DNA of 64,000 nucleotides from Oxalobacteraceae bacterium (GTDB lineage Bacteria; Pseudomonadota; Gammaproteobacteria; Burkholderiales; Burkholderiaceae_D): NCBI GenBank assembly GCA_947454305.1, contig CANGJE010000005.1, positions 7,509 to 71,508 of the forward strand, read 5' to 3'. Shown piece by piece: positions 60,301 to 64,000 of this stretch (position 1 is its first letter; each line of letters starts with the position of its first letter). The notes under the pieces were generated by a model. It saw only the letters and a program-made list of their open reading frames with translations, ran no database searches and was not told where the DNA came from. The position numbers and the translations under genes were made by a program.

Positions 60301-60924
60301 CAAAATAAAGCCTACGCCACTAGCTATCAAAGTTTTGTTGAGCAAGTACGCGCAGCTGAAACTAAGCTCTCACCGCAAGGGCCGTACAAACTGACTGAAG
60401 CCGTTGCGCGTTATTTGTTTAAATTGATGGCGTATAAAGATGAATATGAAGTCGCTCGTCTGCATAGCGATCCAGCCTTTAAGCAGCGCATTGCTTCTAT
60501 GTTCGAAGGTAACTACAGCGTTAAATACCATCTCGCACCACCACTGCTATCGGCTAAGGATGCCAACGGCCATTTAATCAAGAGTGAATTTGGTTCGTGG
60601 GTAGGCTGGGTATTCCCACTATTAGCGAAAATGCGGTTTTTGCGTGGCACGTTTATTGATCCATTTGGTCATACGGATGAGCGTAAATCTGAACGTGCTT
60701 TAATTACTCAGTATCGCGAAACGTTGACGAGTTTGCTGCCGCAACTGTCGGCCGATAATTTATCGACGATGGTGGCATTGGCTAGCGTGCCAGAAGATAT
60801 ACGCGGTTACGGTCATGTTAAAGAACGTCATCTGCGTAACGCGCAAGAAAAACAAGCTGAGCTATTGAAAAAACTTTCACCGATAACGACCGGTGTGCGT
60901 GAAGTGGGTCGTCGCGCCGCATAA
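57322..60924 (+). CDS. indolepyruvate ferredoxin oxidoreductase family protein (fused alpha/beta/gamma)
   Basis: GYRGSPLG, WYGKGPGVDRSGD, FCSGCPHN, GDGTY.HSG (TPP), CEGCGDC..C..C ferredoxin. Confidence 0.94.
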   Translation: MNAPLDRQQALQPDAISLDDKYTLDRGRVFLTGTQAIIRLPMMQRQRDLAAGLNTAGFITGYRGSPLGSVDQTAMKAKKYLDAHHVRFQPGVNEDLAATSIWGTQQVNLFPGAKYDGVFSIWYGKGPGVDRSGDVFKHAVGAGTAPHGGVLALAGDDHAAKSSTNAHQSEHILKACGIPVLFPSSVQEYLDYGLHGWAMSRYTGLWVGMKCVTDVVESGATVDIDPNRVQIVMPEDFDMPPSGLNIRWPDGILEQEERLVNYKWYAALAYARANKLNRVIWDSPNARFGIMTAGKSYLDTRQALEDLGIDENVARDIGLRLYKVGMTWPLEAEGARQFATGLEEILVVEEKRQLLEYQLKEELYNWRNDVRPRVVGKFDDTGEWSNTRRSGHGEWLLPGTYELNPTQIARAIAARISKYFAGHPIEQRVRERIAYLESREAVLKVSVKPDAQKDRTPYFCSGCPHNTSTRVPEGSRALAGIGCHYMALWMDRSTSTFTHMGAEGTTWIGHSPFTTEEHVFANIGDGTYYHSGLLAIRAAAASKVNMTYKILFNDAVAMTGGQTHDGPLDPPTISRQVAAEGVHPIVVVTDEPDKYPSNTDWAPGTTVRHRSELDAVQRELREVKGVSAIIYDQTCASEKRRRRKRNAFPDPAKRAVINEAVCEGCGDCSVKSNCLSVEPMETEFGRKRQINQSSCNKDFSCVTGFCPSFVTVEGGQLKKPKKAAVKNLGGATESALTRAAALPAPVLSTLEQAYGVLVTGIGGTGVVTVGQILAMAAHVAGKACSVLDMSGLAQKGGPVMSHVRLADRDDQIHSTRVGTGAADLVVGCDVIVAASKDAIARMGQGRTHAVINSTLAPTAAFVKNPDWKYPDADAADSIRKACGDEAVAAVDAGNIATTLMGDSIATNMFMLGYAWQRGWVPLSEAALLKAIELNGVSVDFNQQSFAWGRLAAHDIDALQKDLKALAPAQVIEFKRAPSVDELINRRVSFLTNYQNKAYATSYQSFVEQVRAAETKLSPQGPYKLTEAVARYLFKLMAYKDEYEVARLHSDPAFKQRIASMFEGNYSVKYHLAPPLLSAKDANGHLIKSEFGSWVGWVFPLLAKMRFLRGTFIDPFGHTDERKSERALITQYRETLTSLLPQLSADNLSTMVALASVPEDIRGYGHVKERHLRNAQEKQAELLKKLSPITTGVREVGRRAA

Positions 60925-60925
60925 A

Positions 60926-60966
60926 AACAAAAGGCCTCAGTGCATATGCATTGAGGCCTCTTTGTT
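60926..60966. terminator. bidirectional terminator between convergent genes
   Basis: AGGCCTCA...TGAGGCCT stem flanked by A- and T-rich tracts. Confidence 0.8.
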
Positions 60967-60990
60967 AATCATTCATCGCGCTAGCGTAAA

Positions 60991-61797
60991 TTAACCGCCG
61001 CGTGTATTGCGCACCAATCCTCGTTGCGGGTCATAGCCTGCAGCAGCGATCATGTAAAACACTATCGTTGAAACGATAATCACGACTATCGATAAGGTGG
61101 CCATCTGCCCGTACAGCGCATAGCGCATCGCTTCCACTGCGTGCGTGAACGGGTTAAGTGATGCTATGCGATAAATCCACACCGCTCCCGCATCATGCAT
61201 CCTTTGTATCGGATACAGCGCAGAGGATAAAAAGAACATGGGGAAAATTACGAAATTCATCGTACCCGCAAAATTTTCAAGCTGCCGTATATAGACCGAT
61301 AGCACTAACCCAAATGCTGACAACATAAGTGCGCCTAGTATTAGTACCGGCAAGGCGCTTAAGACTTGCCAAGGTGAGAGGCCGATATTCCAGATCAACA
61401 CCAAAATCATAAAAGCCAGTGCTTGTATTACAGACAAAAATGCACCGCCTGCTAATTTACAAGCGAGTAGATAGCTGCGTGGCAGCGGTGCAGTTAATAG
61501 CAAACGCATCACTCCCATTTCACGGTCGTACACCATAGCGAGTGAAGATTGCATGCCATTGAAAAGACAAACCATCAATGCCAGGCCCGGAACCATGTAG
61601 AGCCGATAGTCTAGTTGAGGATCAAACGGCATCACGCTACCTAGGTCGGGCATTTGTCGAAAACCCGCAGCGAATACCACCATCCATAATAAAGGGCGAA
61701 CCAATGATGAGGCGAGACGGCCGGGCTGACGTAAAAATTTATGAATCTCTCGACCTGCAATCGCTGCCAGTGCTAATCGAGCATGAAGTAGTTTCAT
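60991..61797 (-). CDS. ABC-2 permease, PQQ-alcohol-dehydrogenase-system type (PedC-like)
   Basis: RE..KFLRQ.GRL.SSLVRPLLW.VVFAAGF, ENFAGTMNFVIFPMFFLSSALYP. Confidence 0.8.
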   Translation of the reverse strand: MKLLHARLALAAIAGREIHKFLRQPGRLASSLVRPLLWMVVFAAGFRQMPDLGSVMPFDPQLDYRLYMVPGLALMVCLFNGMQSSLAMVYDREMGVMRLLLTAPLPRSYLLACKLAGGAFLSVIQALAFMILVLIWNIGLSPWQVLSALPVLILGALMLSAFGLVLSVYIRQLENFAGTMNFVIFPMFFLSSALYPIQRMHDAGAVWIYRIASLNPFTHAVEAMRYALYGQMATLSIVVIIVSTIVFYMIAAAGYDPQRGLVRNTRGG

Positions 61798-62552
61798 GGT
61801 TTACCCTCCGCACGAGTTAAGTGCAAGAAGGCGGGCGTGAGCTGCGTGTGCCCATTCAGTTTAATTAATTCTTTCGGTGTGCCATCAAAGCGCGTTTTAC
61901 CTCCGGCCATTACGATGATGCGATCTGCTGATTCAGCTTCATCGACTAAGTGCGTCGCCCACAGCACACCCATACCGCGCTCACGACACAAGGATTTCAC
62001 ATCGGACACGATCGCTGCTCGGGAAGCCGGGTCAATACCCACCGTGGCTTCATCCATCAATAGCAAGGAGGGCTCAGAGAGGAGCGCGCGCGCCAGTTCG
62101 ACTTTACGTCGCATGCCTCCCGACAGCTGTCGACATAACTCAGACGCTCGTTCTGTTAGCTCGAATCGATTCAACCAAAGTTCAATTCGCTGTTTAGCTT
62201 CGTCGCGCGCTATACCGTGCAGATCACTTTGAAACTGCATATTGGCTTTAACGGATAAATCTAAATCGAGGGCAGGTTGTTGAAAAACGATGGCGAGTTT
62301 TACTAATGCTGCGATCGGATCTTGCCCTATATCAGCACCGGCGATCGTGGCATAACCGGAATCAGCAACAAACAAGCCTGAGAGCATTTGGAATAAGGTG
62401 GATTTGCCCGCACCGTTAGGTCCGAGCAGAGCGACAAATTCACCGGCGCGTACAGAAAAACTAACGTCATCAACAGCGCGACGAGCGCCGAAAGATTTAC
62501 TCAGATTCGTTACAGCTAGCGTATCGGGAAACAAAGAGGTTGCAGTCGACAA
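61794..62552 (-). CDS. ABC ATP-binding protein, PQQ-system type (PedB-like)
   Basis: GPNGAGKST, VFQQP.LDLDLSV, LSGGMRRKVE, DEATVGID. Confidence 0.85.
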   Translation of the reverse strand: MSTATSLFPDTLAVTNLSKSFGARRAVDDVSFSVRAGEFVALLGPNGAGKSTLFQMLSGLFVADSGYATIAGADIGQDPIAALVKLAIVFQQPALDLDLSVKANMQFQSDLHGIARDEAKQRIELWLNRFELTERASELCRQLSGGMRRKVELARALLSEPSLLLMDEATVGIDPASRAAIVSDVKSLCRERGMGVLWATHLVDEAESADRIIVMAGGKTRFDGTPKELIKLNGHTQLTPAFLHLTRAEGKP

Positions 62553-62620
62553 GCGAACTCCTGCTATTTTTTATGTGAAGCGATTGTAACGGTTCGATAG
62601 AAATGCTGCCGAGAGCGTCG

Positions 62621-63616
62621 TTAAGCTATCAATTCTGATTTTAATAATTGCCAAGGTTGTCGTAGGCGCCAGTCAGCGATCCAGCCTTCGGGCATCACGG
62701 CGGCGAGAGCGCCGATATCAGTCACTAATTCACCCAGTAAAGCGCTTTGAATGCGCACGCCGTTTGTAAGGGTAGGGAAACGTGTACTGACTTCGACTTG
62801 AACTAAAGGTGCGAGTAATGCCTCGTTTTCACGCCACACGCTACCACCGATTAAAACGCATTGCGTATCAAGTGTAACGATAAGGTTATACAAGCCTCGC
62901 CCAAACCATTGCGCTGCTTCGCGCACTATCGCGATTGCAGCTTTATCGCCTGATTGCGCAGATGAAAAAATCGTATCTAAACTCTCACCGAGACGTAGAC
63001 CGAGATTGCGTCCTCCGACCAAGCTTTCCAGATCGCCGACATTCCCACAACCACACAAGGCTTTTGAAATTTCTGACATCAGCATATGGCCCGCATGACC
63101 GGCGTTACCTGATTTACCGCGCAAGATGTGACCATCAACACACAGCCCAAATCCTATGCCGGTACTCCACGTGACATAAATGGCATTCGATTCGTTTTGA
63201 GCTGCACCGAAACAGAGTTCACCGCGCATAGCGGCTACACAATCATTATCGATATGAATCGTCGTGAAGTGCTCACGCAAAACGGATTCTAAAGGAATGA
63301 AGGTCCAATCATTCGGTAAATTTTTATCGCGAGCTAAGCCGCCGCACAGATTCGGTGGAGTGAGCCCAAGCAAACCATCTTGATAGTCAAACGGCCCGCA
63401 GCTACTGACACCGATATGATCGACGTCTGCAAAATCAAGCGCCAAGCGCTGACAAGCGACTGCAAGAAGTTCTAAGGATTGGCGCGCAATGGCATCGGGT
63501 GTGCCGCTCTTGCGAGTTGCTTGCATGAGTCGGATGAATGGACCGTTAGCATTGGCTAAGGTGATGGCTAATTTGCTGCCACCAATATCTAGACCAGCGA
63601 TAACTGAAGTCGTCAT
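62621..63616 (-). CDS. ROK-family sugar kinase
   Basis: GLDIGGSK, NDCVAA, STGIG.G, GHAGH, CGCGNVGDLE. Confidence 0.9.
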   Translation of the reverse strand: MTTSVIAGLDIGGSKLAITLANANGPFIRLMQATRKSGTPDAIARQSLELLAVACQRLALDFADVDHIGVSSCGPFDYQDGLLGLTPPNLCGGLARDKNLPNDWTFIPLESVLREHFTTIHIDNDCVAAMRGELCFGAAQNESNAIYVTWSTGIGFGLCVDGHILRGKSGNAGHAGHMLMSEISKALCGCGNVGDLESLVGGRNLGLRLGESLDTIFSSAQSGDKAAIAIVREAAQWFGRGLYNLIVTLDTQCVLIGGSVWRENEALLAPLVQVEVSTRFPTLTNGVRIQSALLGELVTDIGALAAVMPEGWIADWRLRQPWQLLKSELIA

Positions 63617-63655
63617 GAGTAGCTTGATAGATTCAGCAAAAAGAGCTTATTTTTT

Positions 63656-63698
63656 CTGCGAGACCTCTCACTAAAGTGGCGTGAGAATGGTCTCGCAG
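63656..63698. repeat. long intergenic hairpin between ettA and ROK
   Basis: CTGCGAGACC-TCTCAC / GTGAGA-AT-GGTCTCGCAG. Confidence 0.6.
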
Positions 63699-63715
63699 CG
63701 TGTGCAGCTAAAGAA

Positions 63716-64000
63716 TCAAACCGTCAATGGCTTAAAGCGTAAACGTTTAGGTTTGGCACCTTCTTCACCCAGACGTTTTTTCTTATCGGCTTCGTACTCT
63801 TGATAATTTCCATCAAAGAAGGTGACCGTTGAGTTACCTTCGAATGCCAATATATGTGTAGCGATGCGATCTAAGAACCAGCGATCATGTGAAATCACCA
63901 TTACAGTGCCGGCAAACTCGAGTAAGGCATCTTCCAGCGCGCGCAATGTTTCTACATCCAGATCATTGGAGGGTTCATCGAGTAGCAATACATTGCCGCC
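63716..64000 (-). CDS. ettA: ABC-F translational throttle EttA (3' portion only)
   Basis: [46 protein letters not shown]. Confidence 0.92.
   Translation of the reverse strand, partial: GGNVLLLDEPSNDLDVETLRALEDALLEFAGTVMVISHDRWFLDRIATHILAFEGNSTVTFFDGNYQEYEADKKKRLGEEGAKPKRLRFKPLTV

Noticed and set aside
436-63674. Many short overlapping or antisense ORFs in the six-frame track
   Set aside because: They lie within well-supported genes on other frames and have no recognisable motifs; treated as shadow ORFs

Overview
Chromosomal window of a betaproteobacterium (Burkholderiales, probably Oxalobacteraceae-like; inferred from protein sequences and synteny, not from a search). It is mostly housekeeping genes: birA-coaX, argB-slmA, ctpA-envC-gpmA, grxC-secB-gpsA, hslVU, dksA-cobW-xerC, dapF, two lipid A acyltransferases, metK/ahcY/metF, slt, cca, an indolepyruvate oxidoreductase and partial ettA. 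It also carries a 12-gene type II secretion cluster (gspGHIJKLMNDEFC), a SAM-II and a SAH riboswitch, and a subtilisin with a GlyGly-CTERM tail next to a rhombosortase. No tRNA/rRNA, IS, prophage or CRISPR array is visible. The most interesting signal is two AT-richer orphan genes, 27 kb apart, that share effector-like traits. Both have disordered Ser/Pro-rich N-termini without a Sec signal and a eukaryote-like module: Sel1x10 plus LRR/F-box-like at 12.8-14.7 kb, and an apparent RasGAP-like domain with a candidate arginine finger at 39.9-41.8 kb. Both have the same hrp-box-like ECF promoter motif GGAACT-N17-AC-NN-A upstream. The first gene also has a hairpin that buries its RBS and start codon only in read-through RNA. 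A second Sel1 protein ends in a degenerate tyrosine-recombinase-like domain. All fold and family assignments come from motif recognition by eye and need HMM or structure confirmation.
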